A stretch of 64,000 nt of DNA from an uncultured Sphingomonadaceae bacterium (GCA_947501695.1 CANMWO010000002.1:573327-637326), one strand, 5' to 3'; shown: positions 1 through 9,815, counted from the first letter of the stretch. Program-made: numbers and translations. Notes: generated by a model not told the origin, from the sequence alone.

Positions 1-320
1 TCTGCCGTGCCGTAACGTTGAACGGCGGTTGCGCCCAAAACAGAAGTCGAGAAAAAGGGTGACGCTGTTAGGTTTCTTCCCATTTGCTCGGCCAAAACGC
101 CTGCGCCGACATAGCCAAATTCGCTGCCGCCATATTGCTCGTCAACGATGATACCGGCCCAACCCATGGCGGCCATTTCTTTCCACAATTCACGGGAGAA
201 CCCGTCGGGATTCTTGCTATCTCTAATCTCTCGAAATGCAGAAACCGGGGCGTTCTCGGTTAAAAACCCACTAGCCGCATCTTGCAGCATTTCCTGTTCT
301 TCGGTGAGGATAAGGGACAT
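1..320 (-). CDS. acyl-CoA dehydrogenase family protein (5' part only, runs off window)
   Basis: Hand-translated from ATG at 320: MSLILTEEQEMLQDAASGFLTENAPVSAFREIRDSKNPDGFSRELWKEMAAMGWAG..., a typical ACAD N-terminus; lies directly downstream of another ACAD; absent from the ORF track because truncated. Confidence 0.85.
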   Translation of the reverse strand, partial: MSLILTEEQEMLQDAASGFLTENAPVSAFREIRDSKNPDGFSRELWKEMAAMGWAGIIVDEQYGGSEFGYVGAGVLAEQMGRNLTASPFFSTSVLGATAVQRYGTA

Positions 321-335
321 ATCAGTCTCGCCTGT

Positions 336-1547
336 CTATGCGCTGGGAAGTTCCAAGACGCGCTTGGAAATTATGTTGAGCTGAACTTCTGTGGTCCCGC
401 CAAGAATGGAATAGGCGCGGTTGTAGAGCCAGGTATTGGCAAGACTGTCATATTCTATGCCGTCAGGACCAATGGTCGCCGCTTCCGTACCGCCAATGTC
501 CATGCGCAGCTCACTGCCCTTTTTGGTCAGTTCCGATGCAGCATATTTCAACATCGATGATTTCGCACCAAGCCCATTACCGGCATTGGCTTCGTCATTC
601 ATCCGCTCGACGGTCAAGGTATAAGCCCAGTCGTCAATTTCAGCCTCGGCGATTTTTTGCCGCAAGGCTGGATCATCAAGCCGGCCCAAATCATCGATGC
701 CAATCTCTTCTGCTGCATATCCACCAAGGTTCTCGGGGCCTTTGACACCGCGTAGAGGTGACATTGTACCCAGCATTCCACGCTCATGGACCAGCAGATT
801 TTTTGCCACATCCCAGCCGCGGTTAACCTCTCCGACAACCGATAAATTACCTTCGCCATAGGCTTTTGGCACTTTTACGTCGTCAAAAAAAGTCTCGCAA
901 AAGGGGGAGTGACCGGAGATCAGGACGATTGGTTTCACGCTGATCCCTTCACTCGCCATATCGATCAGAATGAAAGTAATGCCCTTATGTTTCGGCGCAT
1001 CAAAATCGGTCCGGACCAAACAGAATATCCAGTCTGAAATATCAGCGTTCGAGGTCCAGACTTTTTGACCGTTGATCAGCCAATGATCGCCCTTGTCCTC
1101 GCATTTGCTTTTCAGCGAAGCGAGATCAGAGCCGGCGCCCGGTTCTGAATAGCCCTGACACCAGCGGATTTCTCCGCGAGCAATACCGCCAAGATGCATG
1201 AGCTTTTGTTCGTGCGTCCCAAAAGCCAACAAAGCGGGACCGAGCATCGAAATACCAAAATTGCTAAGCGGTTTGCGCGCGTTGATCCGATCACGCTCTT
1301 CGGTAAGCACTTTCGCTTCGTCCGCTGTTAAGCCAGCGCCGCCATATTCCTTTGGCCATGTCGGAACCGTATAGCCTTTTTCCAAAGCCGCTTCGAACCA
1401 GCGCTTTTGCGCGTCGGACTGAAACTCCCACTGACGTCCACCCCAGCACTGATTCTCAGCCGTAATGTCACCATCACGCATTTCCTGGGGGCAGCTTTCT
1501 GCCAACCAAGCCCGGGTTTCGGCGCGAAATTGTTCCAGATCGCTCAT
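336..1547 (-). CDS. acyl-CoA dehydrogenase
   Basis: WCQGYSEPGAGSDLASL, INGQKVWTS and C-terminal SILGGTTEVQLNIISKRVL motifs. Confidence 0.93.
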   Translation of the reverse strand: MSDLEQFRAETRAWLAESCPQEMRDGDITAENQCWGGRQWEFQSDAQKRWFEAALEKGYTVPTWPKEYGGAGLTADEAKVLTEERDRINARKPLSNFGISMLGPALLAFGTHEQKLMHLGGIARGEIRWCQGYSEPGAGSDLASLKSKCEDKGDHWLINGQKVWTSNADISDWIFCLVRTDFDAPKHKGITFILIDMASEGISVKPIVLISGHSPFCETFFDDVKVPKAYGEGNLSVVGEVNRGWDVAKNLLVHERGMLGTMSPLRGVKGPENLGGYAAEEIGIDDLGRLDDPALRQKIAEAEIDDWAYTLTVERMNDEANAGNGLGAKSSMLKYAASELTKKGSELRMDIGGTEAATIGPDGIEYDSLANTWLYNRAYSILGGTTEVQLNIISKRVLELPSA

Positions 1548-1643
1548 AATTTGCCTCTCGTAATTAAACCGTCATATTGCAGACGGCGAAGGGCTGGCAC
1601 TGCGCAAATAGTTAGCGCAAGTTTTCAGCCAGCCCTTTAGCTG

Positions 1644-2645
1644 TTAGTCCAGTTTGAGCATTTGCTTCCCGAAATTCTGTCCAGCAAACAAGCGTTTGAG
1701 GGTATCAGGGATGTTATCGAAACCCTCTTGGATATCTTCTTTGAAGGTAATTTTGCCTTCCTTGATCCATTGGCGCATGCGTTTTTGTGCTTCTGGATAT
1801 TCACTCATATAATCCAGCACAATGAAACCCGACATCGTTCCGCGCTTGAAGATCAGGTTGAAATAATTTTCTGGACCGGCGGGCATATCGCCTTTTTCAT
1901 AACGGGAAATACCGCCGCAAATCACAACCCGAGCGTTCATGGCAATATGCGCTAAGGCATCGTTCAATATCTTGCCGCCAACATTGTCATAGAAGACGTT
2001 GATCGACTGGTTGCAAAGCTCTTTCAGCTTCGCGCGAACATCTTCATTTTTATAGTCAATCGCATGGTCATAGCCGACATCGCCGGTCAGCCAGTCGCAT
2101 TTTTCCTTGCCGCCCGCGATACCAATGGTGCGACATCCGGCAATCTTGCCAATTTGTCCGACCATCGACCCGGTTGCTCCGGCAGCGCCGGAAACGACCA
2201 ACGTGTCGCCCGGTTGGGGGCGACCATGTTTCAGCAGGCCGAAATAGGCAGTCATGCCGGTTGTGCCAAGCGCGCCCAAATTGGCAGCTAGCAATTCATC
2301 ATCGGGCACTTTGTTCAGCTCGCTGCCCGGGACCATCGCATAATCTTGCCAGCGCAACATACCCATGACTTTGTCACCGGCAGCAAATTTTGGATCACGC
2401 GATTCGACAACCGTTCCAACACCGCTGCCGCGCATTACTTCACCAATTTCGGTAGGCGCGACATAGCCGCCGATATTTTCCATCCAGCCTTTTTGTGCAG
2501 GGTCAAATCCCAGAATCTCGTTCTTGACCAACACATGGCCTTCAACGACGTCTGGCACGGGAGTTACAACTTTCTTGAAATCATCGTCCACCAGCCCGCG
2601 TCCTTTTGGACGTCCGTTGATCAGCCACTGTCTGTTGTCGGTCAT
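1644..2645 (-). CDS. NADP-dependent oxidoreductase (MDR, prostaglandin/alkenal reductase-like)
   Basis: VSGAAGATGSMVGQIGKIAGC, FYDNVGG, RVVICGGISRY, QNFGKQ; start moved to ATG 2645 behind a GGAG RBS. Confidence 0.92.
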   Translation of the reverse strand: MTDNRQWLINGRPKGRGLVDDDFKKVVTPVPDVVEGHVLVKNEILGFDPAQKGWMENIGGYVAPTEIGEVMRGSGVGTVVESRDPKFAAGDKVMGMLRWQDYAMVPGSELNKVPDDELLAANLGALGTTGMTAYFGLLKHGRPQPGDTLVVSGAAGATGSMVGQIGKIAGCRTIGIAGGKEKCDWLTGDVGYDHAIDYKNEDVRAKLKELCNQSINVFYDNVGGKILNDALAHIAMNARVVICGGISRYEKGDMPAGPENYFNLIFKRGTMSGFIVLDYMSEYPEAQKRMRQWIKEGKITFKEDIQEGFDNIPDTLKRLFAGQNFGKQMLKLD

Positions 2646-2762
2646 TATCTTCTCCATCAAAAACTTGGTTCTAATAGATCACAGATTGGCCATGGCATAA
2701 CTGCCAGCTTTGATAGCAGCCTTGGGGCTGGAAAAAGCAGTGACTTATGGCATAGCGTCGTA

Positions 2763-3728
2763 ATGAAGAAGTTTTTACTGGCGACCTTCTTTCTCATTCT
2801 GCTGATTATCGGCGGCCTGTTCGTGTTGCGTTTATTCATGGGATGGAATTACGGGATGGACGAAGCGCGCTCCGAAATTCACGCGACAACACTAGATGGA
2901 AAACTATATGTCGCTGGCGGTATCGGACTGTTCCGTGTGCTCGATAGTTGCGAAGCGCTGGACCTGGCTCTGAATGTCTGGTCAGACTGCGGTGAACTCC
3001 CGCGGGCTCTGCATCATGTGGCTATGGCTGCGGACGATAGCCATGTCTATGCGTCTGGAGGATATGTCGCGCTTCCGTTTGAGGCCGATAAAGAGGCTGG
3101 CCTCTTTCGCCATGATCCCGAGACCAGCACTTGGACCGAGATCAGCAAGCTGCCGCATCCGATTGGCCAGCATGCGATGGTCCATTTTGACGGCTCGTTA
3201 TATTTGATCGGCGGGCAAGATGACGGGAAGGATCTCGACACGATTTGGCGCTACGATATCGCGGCTGACAAATGGTCGGCAATGCAGCCCATGCCGACTG
3301 CGCGCCATTCCCACGCGATCGCTCGTTCCGGGCCGCGACTATATGTGACCGGTGGACGCAGCGCCGAATTTGGCACCGAGATGAAGCGGGTCGACGTCTA
3401 TCATTTCATCGAAAACCGCTGGGATCGCCTGCCGGACATGCAGACCGGACGTGGCGGGCACGGTGCCTTCGTCGACAACAATCAACTGCATGTGTTTGGC
3501 GGAGAATCACTCAGCGCAGCGAAAGTTCTTGCCGATCATGACATATTGGACCTCGCGACATCCCAATGGTCTTCCGGAGAACCTCTCAATCAGCCACGTC
3601 ATGGCTTCGCCGTCAGCGACAAAAAAATGCAGAGCAGATTAACAATTGTTGGGGGCGGTGCGCGGCCAGGGCTGGAGACCATCTATTCCGTGACCGGGAC
3701 AGCTCAGACACTGGGCATTGAGCAATAA
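2763..3728 (+). CDS. Kelch-repeat beta-propeller protein with N-terminal membrane anchor
   Basis: Repeated YxxGG...W kelch units (LYVAGG, VYASGG, LYLIGG, LYVTGG, LHVFGG); hydrophobic MKKFLLATFFLILLIIGGLFVL start at ATG 2763. The 2346 extension is the antisense of the neighbouring gene. Confidence 0.88.
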   Translation: MKKFLLATFFLILLIIGGLFVLRLFMGWNYGMDEARSEIHATTLDGKLYVAGGIGLFRVLDSCEALDLALNVWSDCGELPRALHHVAMAADDSHVYASGGYVALPFEADKEAGLFRHDPETSTWTEISKLPHPIGQHAMVHFDGSLYLIGGQDDGKDLDTIWRYDIAADKWSAMQPMPTARHSHAIARSGPRLYVTGGRSAEFGTEMKRVDVYHFIENRWDRLPDMQTGRGGHGAFVDNNQLHVFGGESLSAAKVLADHDILDLATSQWSSGEPLNQPRHGFAVSDKKMQSRLTIVGGGARPGLETIYSVTGTAQTLGIEQ

Positions 3729-3775
3729 TATAGCCATTTGGAGTGCTGATAACTAGCGCGAGGAGGGGAACCAAT

Positions 3776-4546
3776 ATGAGAACCAGCAAAGACGAAGGCG
3801 TACTGCTTTACGCTTTCACATGCGGCTATATTACTCTGCCGATGAGCTTTTTTCTGGATGGTGAACCAGGCAAAGCCAAGGTTCCCGCCTGTGTATTCCT
3901 GATCGATCATCCCAAAGCTTTGGTGTTGTTCGATACGGGCTTTAGCGACCGTTTCGTTGGCATGGAAAAGGGGCTCGGTAAAATTGTCGATATGCCAGAG
4001 GGAGAGAGCGTTGCTGATCGCCTGCGCGATCTGGACATTGATCCGGCGCGAATCGACTATGTCATCAACTCGCATCTCCATATCGATCATGCCGGCGGCA
4101 ATGCGCTCATTCCCGACGCAACAATTATCGTACAGAAACGTGAATGGGATTTTGGCATGGCAGGCGAAGACACCGCCTATGATCTGCAAGATTTCGATAC
4201 CGGCCAGCCGGTTCAGCGCATTGCCGGAGAGCATGACCTATTTGGTGATGGCACGGTTATTATTTTTCCGACCACCGGGCACACGCCGGGCCATCAGTCG
4301 GTGCGGGTGAAGACGGCGACAGGCGAAGCTGTGCTGGCTGCCGACTGCTGTAATATGCGGCGTTCTCTGGATGAGATGCAGCTGCCCGATCATTGTTACA
4401 ATGTGGATCAATATCGCGGATCACTGGAAACACTGTCGAAATTGCGGCGAGCAGGTGCACAGATTTTCTATGGTCATGATCCGGAATTCTGGGCGACTAT
4501 TCCACAAGCAAAGCCGCTGAATCTCGGCAGCTCGGGTGCGGCCTGA
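3776..4546 (+). CDS. N-acyl-homoserine lactonase family metallo-beta-lactamase-fold hydrolase (AiiA/AttM-like)
   Basis: SHLHIDHAGGN (HxHxDH), TTGHTPGHQS, LAADCC, FYGHDPEFW; substrate not proven. Confidence 0.85.
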   Translation: MRTSKDEGVLLYAFTCGYITLPMSFFLDGEPGKAKVPACVFLIDHPKALVLFDTGFSDRFVGMEKGLGKIVDMPEGESVADRLRDLDIDPARIDYVINSHLHIDHAGGNALIPDATIIVQKREWDFGMAGEDTAYDLQDFDTGQPVQRIAGEHDLFGDGTVIIFPTTGHTPGHQSVRVKTATGEAVLAADCCNMRRSLDEMQLPDHCYNVDQYRGSLETLSKLRRAGAQIFYGHDPEFWATIPQAKPLNLGSSGAA

Positions 4547-4653
4547 AAAGCGTCCTACTCCCTATAACAATAGTGGCGAGTGGCGGGGCCTGCGCTATGT
4601 AGATTTAAGAGCAAAGACCCCCAACAGAGGGTGACCATTAGAGGAGCAAAGCC

Positions 4654-5637
4654 TTGAGCGATACACAGATGGCAGACAAAGATGTCCTGATCGACATTTT
4701 TACCCGCGCGGACCTGATTATGCAGTCGGATATCAAATTCCGCAAAATGATCGGTGCCGGGCAATTGCAAATTGTCTATTATCCCGTGCGTGGTCAGGAA
4801 GTTGTTTCCTCTGCCATGATGGCAGCGATCAATCAGGAAGATTATCTGGTCACCATCTATCGCGGTCTGCATGACCAACTCGCCAAGGGCATTCCATCGA
4901 AAGACCTATGGGCCGAGTTTGCTGGAAAAATGGCAGGCACTTGTAAAGGCAAGGGCGGGCCGATGCACATCACCCATCCTGAAACCGGCGTGATGGTCAC
5001 CACCGGCATTGTCGGTTCCGGCATTCCGATTGCCAATGGCTTGGGTCTTGCGAGCCAGCTCGACAAAGACGGCAAAGTCACTGTCTGCTGCTTTGGTGAT
5101 GGAGCCACCAATATCGGTGCCTTCCATGAAGGCTTGAACATGGCTCAGGTTTGGAAATTGCCGGTTATCTTCCTCTGCCAGAATAACCTCTATTCCGAAC
5201 ATACGCCGATGGCTTATGCGACCAGTTCCGAAACAATCAAACAACGCGGCGACGGCCTCGGCATGCGTTCTGTGCGGGTGAACGGCAATGACGCCAGCGA
5301 AATGTATGCCGCAGCCAAGGAAGCCGTCGAATATGCCCGCGCTGGCAACGGACCGACGTTGATTGAGGCGATGACCTTCCGCTTCCACGGCCATCTGCTC
5401 GGCGATACCGGCCATTATATTCCTGAGGCAGAAATGGAGCAGGCACTGAAGGACGATCCGATGCCGATCTTGCGTCAGCAGCTGCTCGATATTCAGGTTA
5501 GCGAAGCGGACATCGCCGCGATTGAAGCCAAAAATAAAGAGACTATTGACGAAGCGGCGCAATTTGCGCTCGATGCACCTTATCCTCCCGGAGACGAATA
5601 CCGCATCGATGTTCTGGACGTGGAGATTGCAGCATGA
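4654..5637 (+). CDS. TPP-dependent 2-oxoacid/acetoin dehydrogenase E1 alpha subunit
   Basis: GKGGPMH, FGDGATNIGAFHEGLNMA...CQNN (GDG-x26-NN TPP motif), RFHGH; TTG start with GAGGAG RBS. Confidence 0.92.
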   Translation: MSDTQMADKDVLIDIFTRADLIMQSDIKFRKMIGAGQLQIVYYPVRGQEVVSSAMMAAINQEDYLVTIYRGLHDQLAKGIPSKDLWAEFAGKMAGTCKGKGGPMHITHPETGVMVTTGIVGSGIPIANGLGLASQLDKDGKVTVCCFGDGATNIGAFHEGLNMAQVWKLPVIFLCQNNLYSEHTPMAYATSSETIKQRGDGLGMRSVRVNGNDASEMYAAAKEAVEYARAGNGPTLIEAMTFRFHGHLLGDTGHYIPEAEMEQALKDDPMPILRQQLLDIQVSEADIAAIEAKNKETIDEAAQFALDAPYPPGDEYRIDVLDVEIAA

Positions 5638-6626
5638 GTGACGCACCAAAGGAAATCATGTTCGCCCAAGCCTGTAACATGGCTATGGCCAAAGCGATGG
5701 CCGATGATCCAAAAGTCATCCTGATGGGCGAAGATATTGCCGATGATCAAGGCGGCGGCGTCTTCAAAGTAACCGCTGGCCTGTCCGCCCAATTTGGTAC
5801 CGATCGCGTCCGCTCAACACCTATTTCAGAACAGGCGATTGTTGGTGCCGCCGTTGGTTCGGCCTTGGTCGGATACAAACCGGTCGCGGAAATCATGCTG
5901 ATGAATTTCATCACGGTCGCGATGGACCAGATCGTCAATCACGCCGCAAAATTACGCTTCATGTCAGGCGGACAAACCAGCGTGCCATTGACCATCAGGA
6001 CAACCACCGGCGCCGGCACCGGCCTCGGCGGACAGCATAGCGACATGCTTGAAGCCTGGCTGGCCCATGTTCCTGGCCTGAAAGTCGTTGCCGCATCCAA
6101 TCCGGCCGATGCTTATGGATTGCTCTACTCATCGATCATGGATCCCAATCCAGTGATCTTTATCGAGAATACACCGACCTACTTCACCAAAGGCCCTGCA
6201 CCGGCACCCGATCATGTTGTACCACTTGGTGTGGCATCGGTCCCTCGTGAAGGCAGCGATATCAGCCTGATCACCTATAGTCGCGGCGTCGGAGCCTGCC
6301 ATGCTGTTGCCGAGAAACTGGCTGGCGAAGGCATTTCCTGTGAGGTGGTCGACTTACGTACGATTGCGCCATTTGATGAGGAAACCGTGCTGAAAAGCGT
6401 CGCTAAGACGAAGGCGGCTGTGGTTGTTCACGAAGCGGTGAAAAATTTCGGCACCGGCGCCGAAATCTCATCGCGCATCCATGAAGAATTATTCTCTGAA
6501 CTCAAAGCCCCTGTTGGTCGGGTCGGATCAGGCTATGCGCCGGTTCCGTTCTCTCCCGCCATCGAGAAAGCATGGATGTTCAGCGAAGACGATATCGAAC
6601 GCGAAATTCGCAAAATATTGGGGTAA
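5634..6626 (+). CDS. TPP-dependent dehydrogenase E1 beta subunit
   Basis: RVRSTPISEQAIVG, EIMLMNF, GQHS, EVVDLRTIAPFD; ATGA overlap with E1 alpha. Confidence 0.93.
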   Translation: MSDAPKEIMFAQACNMAMAKAMADDPKVILMGEDIADDQGGGVFKVTAGLSAQFGTDRVRSTPISEQAIVGAAVGSALVGYKPVAEIMLMNFITVAMDQIVNHAAKLRFMSGGQTSVPLTIRTTTGAGTGLGGQHSDMLEAWLAHVPGLKVVAASNPADAYGLLYSSIMDPNPVIFIENTPTYFTKGPAPAPDHVVPLGVASVPREGSDISLITYSRGVGACHAVAEKLAGEGISCEVVDLRTIAPFDEETVLKSVAKTKAAVVVHEAVKNFGTGAEISSRIHEELFSELKAPVGRVGSGYAPVPFSPAIEKAWMFSEDDIEREIRKILG

Positions 6627-6628
6627 AA

Positions 6629-6862
6629 ATGGCTACGGAAATACGCATACCGAAATTAGGCTTTAGCATGGAAGTCGGCACTCTCGCTGAGTGGCTGGTC
6701 GCCGATGGTGCCGATGTCACGGAGGGGCAGGAAATCTATGCCTTGGAAAATGACAAATCGACCCAGGAAGTGGAATCACCCGCAACCGGCAAGCTCAAGA
6801 TCATTATCGATACAACCGGTGAGGAATATCCGGTTGGCGAATTGATCGGAACCATTGAATAA
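6629..6862 (+). CDS. stand-alone lipoyl-domain protein
   Basis: 77 aa MATEIRIPKLGFSMEVGTLAEW...LENDKSTQEVESPATG; lipoyl-lysine motif ENDKS; stop directly after the domain. Confidence 0.88.
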   Translation: MATEIRIPKLGFSMEVGTLAEWLVADGADVTEGQEIYALENDKSTQEVESPATGKLKIIIDTTGEEYPVGELIGTIE

Positions 6863-6999
6863 ACATCAGTAAAAAGGGCATTATCAACGCCCTATCGATA
6901 TTATTAGTAATGTTTGGTTGACTGCAAAACCAAACAACGCGACAAGTGACCCTAAATGAGAGCTCGAATGCAAGGGCTCCGTGGAGGATATGCGTTATT

Positions 7000-7812
7000 A
7001 TGGCCGAAAATTTCGTTGCAGAAATTCCTGATGTTTCCAAGGCAACATTCCGCCGCAATCTAGACAGTGTTACCATTACCAGCGCGGCCGAAATCCGTCC
7101 GGCGGCTGAAGCAATCCATAAAATTGCCCAATCCTATGGTTTCCGGATTGCCGTCAGCGCGGACATTTCTTCAAAAGCCCATTTGGTCGACGCCGAAGGC
7201 GAGTTGATCAACAAGGATATCTTCGGATGGGTCGCGGAAGGCGAACGCTGGTGGGAAGATACCAGACTCGCGCTAAGCTCGCCTCTGCCTCGCGCCTGCC
7301 GTTATGAAAGCGAACCAATCTGGTGCAATGCCGACGGTTTTCATGGCCATTGGCAGAATGAATATCTCGACGAGATTGATCTCAAGGATTTTTATGAAGC
7401 TGGCGCCACCGCCAAGTCAGCCATCCTGATACCGGTCCACTTGCCTTTCGGCCAAATCGCGGCCGTTAGCTTTACGCCGATAGATTATAGCGTCACCGAT
7501 TTGAGTGAACCTTACCGGATTTACTCGGACTTTTTGTCCATTGTGACCAGTCGCTTTGTGACCGGTTACGTACTCGCGATGCGCAAGAAGCACCGTATGC
7601 CAACCAATTGCATCCTGTCCAAACGCGAAGCGGAATGTTTGCATTGGGCCGCCATCGGCAAGACCGACAAAGAGATCAGCATGATCTTGTCTTTGAGTCA
7701 TGCGACCATCCGCTATCATGTCAATCGCGCCGGGCAAAAGCTCAACAGCGTAAATCGCGGTCAGACAATTTTCAAAGCTGGCCAGCTCGGTTATTTGGGC
7801 GCTACCGACTAA
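7000..7812 (+). CDS. LuxR-family transcriptional regulator (autoinducer-binding-like N-domain + HTH), no luxI nearby
   Basis: C-terminal LSKREAECLHWAAIGKTDKEISMILSLSHATIRYHVNRAGQKL; ~200 aa N-terminal sensor domain; start could also be GTG 6946. Confidence 0.88.
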   Translation: MAENFVAEIPDVSKATFRRNLDSVTITSAAEIRPAAEAIHKIAQSYGFRIAVSADISSKAHLVDAEGELINKDIFGWVAEGERWWEDTRLALSSPLPRACRYESEPIWCNADGFHGHWQNEYLDEIDLKDFYEAGATAKSAILIPVHLPFGQIAAVSFTPIDYSVTDLSEPYRIYSDFLSIVTSRFVTGYVLAMRKKHRMPTNCILSKREAECLHWAAIGKTDKEISMILSLSHATIRYHVNRAGQKLNSVNRGQTIFKAGQLGYLGATD

Positions 7813-7822
7813 CTAACGACCG

Positions 7823-8230
7823 CTATTTGCGCAGCAACGCAAAAACACCGGTCATCGTCATTAGTAGTCGCTCACCGGCGACAATTTCGCCATGGCAATA
7901 AGCCGTGCGTTTGCCTTTGCGGTCAATATGGGCGTGTGCCACGATCCAATCTCCCAATTTTGCACCGGCCAGGAAATTTGTATTGAGGTTGATAGTAGCG
8001 ATCGGAAGGCGCGGTTTTTCGCTCACAAACAATTGATAGCTGAGCGCGACGTCGGCCAAAGTTGTCAGCACCCCACCATGGGCCACGTCGATCCCGTTGA
8101 GATGCCCTTCCGTTATACGGATGCCGACCGCGATATGGTCTTCGTCCTTACGCGTAAAATAGGGACCGGCAACATCCAGAAATCCGGTGGAGAAAGTCGC
8201 CGGCGCAAATCCTTCGGGGACGTCCGTCAA
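7823..8230 (-). CDS. PaaI-family hotdog-fold thioesterase
   Basis: HLNGIDVAHGGVLTTLADVAL, TINLNTNFLAGAKLGDWI. Confidence 0.88.
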   Translation of the reverse strand: MTDVPEGFAPATFSTGFLDVAGPYFTRKDEDHIAVGIRITEGHLNGIDVAHGGVLTTLADVALSYQLFVSEKPRLPIATINLNTNFLAGAKLGDWIVAHAHIDRKGKRTAYCHGEIVAGERLLMTMTGVFALLRK

Positions 8231-8234
8231 AGCC

Positions 8235-9815
8235 TTATTCTGCTGCTAACAGCTTGGGACTCTTTGGCGGCTCTTCGCTATTCAACCACAAGTCCAATGT
8301 TTCATGGAAATGACGCAACTTACTTTCTTGATAGCTGGCAAAGGTCGCAATGCCATTGGGCTGACTTCTCGCGCCCTTTTGCATCGCCTCGTGGTTGAGG
8401 TAATCCTGATTGAATATCTTGGTCAGATAGCTGCCGAACTCGGCCGCCTCTGTATAGTCATCATGTAGATCTAGGAAGGTGCATTTCGCCGGTTCCGGCC
8501 GCTCCGCGCCCTCGGGCAAGGCGATCATGAACATCACTTCATGGAAGCATTGTTCCGGATTATTCCCGTCTGGCCGAAAGCGGTAGAAGATCGGATTAAA
8601 GTCGGCCCACGGACTGATGTTGGGAAAGACGCTATAAAAAATCGCATCGTTCAAGTCTGCATCGCTAATCGAATCGACCATATCTCCCCATTGCGGACGC
8701 ATTTCTTCGCGGCGCGCTTTGGCCGCCTTATCACGGAATATATGCGCTGGTTCATTGGTATATTCGACCGGAGTATCTTCTTCACCGGGCGATATTTTGC
8801 CGCCGACCCAGTTACACATATGCAGATCAGCCGATTTGAGATCGCCTTCAATATGATTGGCATACATGTCGAAAATGCCGCTCTTGCCGTTGGGCAATGA
8901 CACTTCAACGCGGTTTTCTTCCAAGCGCTTAAACGTGTGTTTGCTGATCGGATGAACAAAGCTCTGAAATGCTTTCCTGTCCGGAAAAGATTCGGGATTT
9001 GGGTTTTTAAAATCGGTGTGCGGGCTGGGCGGGCCGTCTGGCGACATCGCCCGCGACACATTGTGCCACACATCATATTTGCTGTTCGCATCCCCAAAGG
9101 CAGGCATTAATACGGGATGGGTCCCGACCACATGATAGCTTTCCATGAAAGCTTCCTGTGCAATTTTCCAGTTGCATGGCAGGCGCTTAACCAAATGCGC
9201 TGCCTTGTACCGATTCTCAAACGGAATGCCAAAGTGCTGATCCAGTTCGCCCAGGAAATCCTCCAGCGGCTCGCAATCAGGATCAGGGTTGATAAAAACA
9301 AATCCGCCCCATTCACCAACGGCTAGGTTCTTAAGTGAATGCGTTTCCTCGCTAACGGACGGAAAATCCCACTGGCACGGTACTTCCTTGAGTTTCCCAT
9401 CCAATTCCCATGACCAACCGTGAAATGGACAGCGCAGCGCTTTTTGGCCCTGTTTATGATTGTCGCAAATCGCACGGCCCCTGTGCATGCAGCTATTGGG
9501 ATAGGCCTTTATCTCATCCTCAGAAACACGAACGATCAGGAAAGATAGTTCAGCGATGTCATAAACATAAGTATCGCCGACATTGGGAATGTCATCCTTG
9601 TGACAGGCCATTTGCCAGACCCGTTTCCACAACATCTCGACCTCTTTGTCGTGCTCTTCCTGAGTCCAGTAACGGTGGGTTTCGATTGTCGTCACCCCAG
9701 GCTCCATGGGCGAATCTTTCAAATAAATCGCTGGCGGCGGAACGGTATCGCTCTCCAACACTTCATTATAGGAAATGCCGTTTGACCGATTATGCCCGGT
9801 TAACGTCTCGACCAT
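8235..9815 (-). CDS. Rieske non-heme iron oxygenase, large (alpha) subunit
   Basis: Rieske CMHRG...CPFHGW; catalytic NWKIAQEAFMESYHVVGTH; AGGAGA RBS before ATG 9818/9815. Confidence 0.92.
   Translation of the reverse strand: MVETLTGHNRSNGISYNEVLESDTVPPPAIYLKDSPMEPGVTTIETHRYWTQEEHDKEVEMLWKRVWQMACHKDDIPNVGDTYVYDIAELSFLIVRVSEDEIKAYPNSCMHRGRAICDNHKQGQKALRCPFHGWSWELDGKLKEVPCQWDFPSVSEETHSLKNLAVGEWGGFVFINPDPDCEPLEDFLGELDQHFGIPFENRYKAAHLVKRLPCNWKIAQEAFMESYHVVGTHPVLMPAFGDANSKYDVWHNVSRAMSPDGPPSPHTDFKNPNPESFPDRKAFQSFVHPISKHTFKRLEENRVEVSLPNGKSGIFDMYANHIEGDLKSADLHMCNWVGGKISPGEEDTPVEYTNEPAHIFRDKAAKARREEMRPQWGDMVDSISDADLNDAIFYSVFPNISPWADFNPIFYRFRPDGNNPEQCFHEVMFMIALPEGAERPEPAKCTFLDLHDDYTEAAEFGSYLTKIFNQDYLNHEAMQKGARSQPNGIATFASYQESKLRHFHETLDLWLNSEEPPKSPKLLAAE

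Noticed and set aside
1007-1018. Operator-like core cGGTCCGGACCa inside the acyl-CoA dehydrogenase gene
   Set aside because: Lacks the TTG...CAA arms and AT-rich flanks and lies mid-CDS; likely chance.
2346-2762. Long N-terminal extension of the Kelch ORF (460 aa call)
   Set aside because: It is the antisense of the oxidoreductase gene; the real start is ATG 2763 before the TM helix. Extensions of ORFs 17253, 46488, 58269, 62130, 43073 and 43081 were trimmed for similar reasons.
8235-9815. Rieske oxygenase as a pheophorbide-a-oxygenase-like entry enzyme of the proposed pyrrole pathway
   Set aside because: No operator in its promoter region, it lies outside the motif-defined boundary, and I see no specific similarity to PAO; kept as a separate unit.
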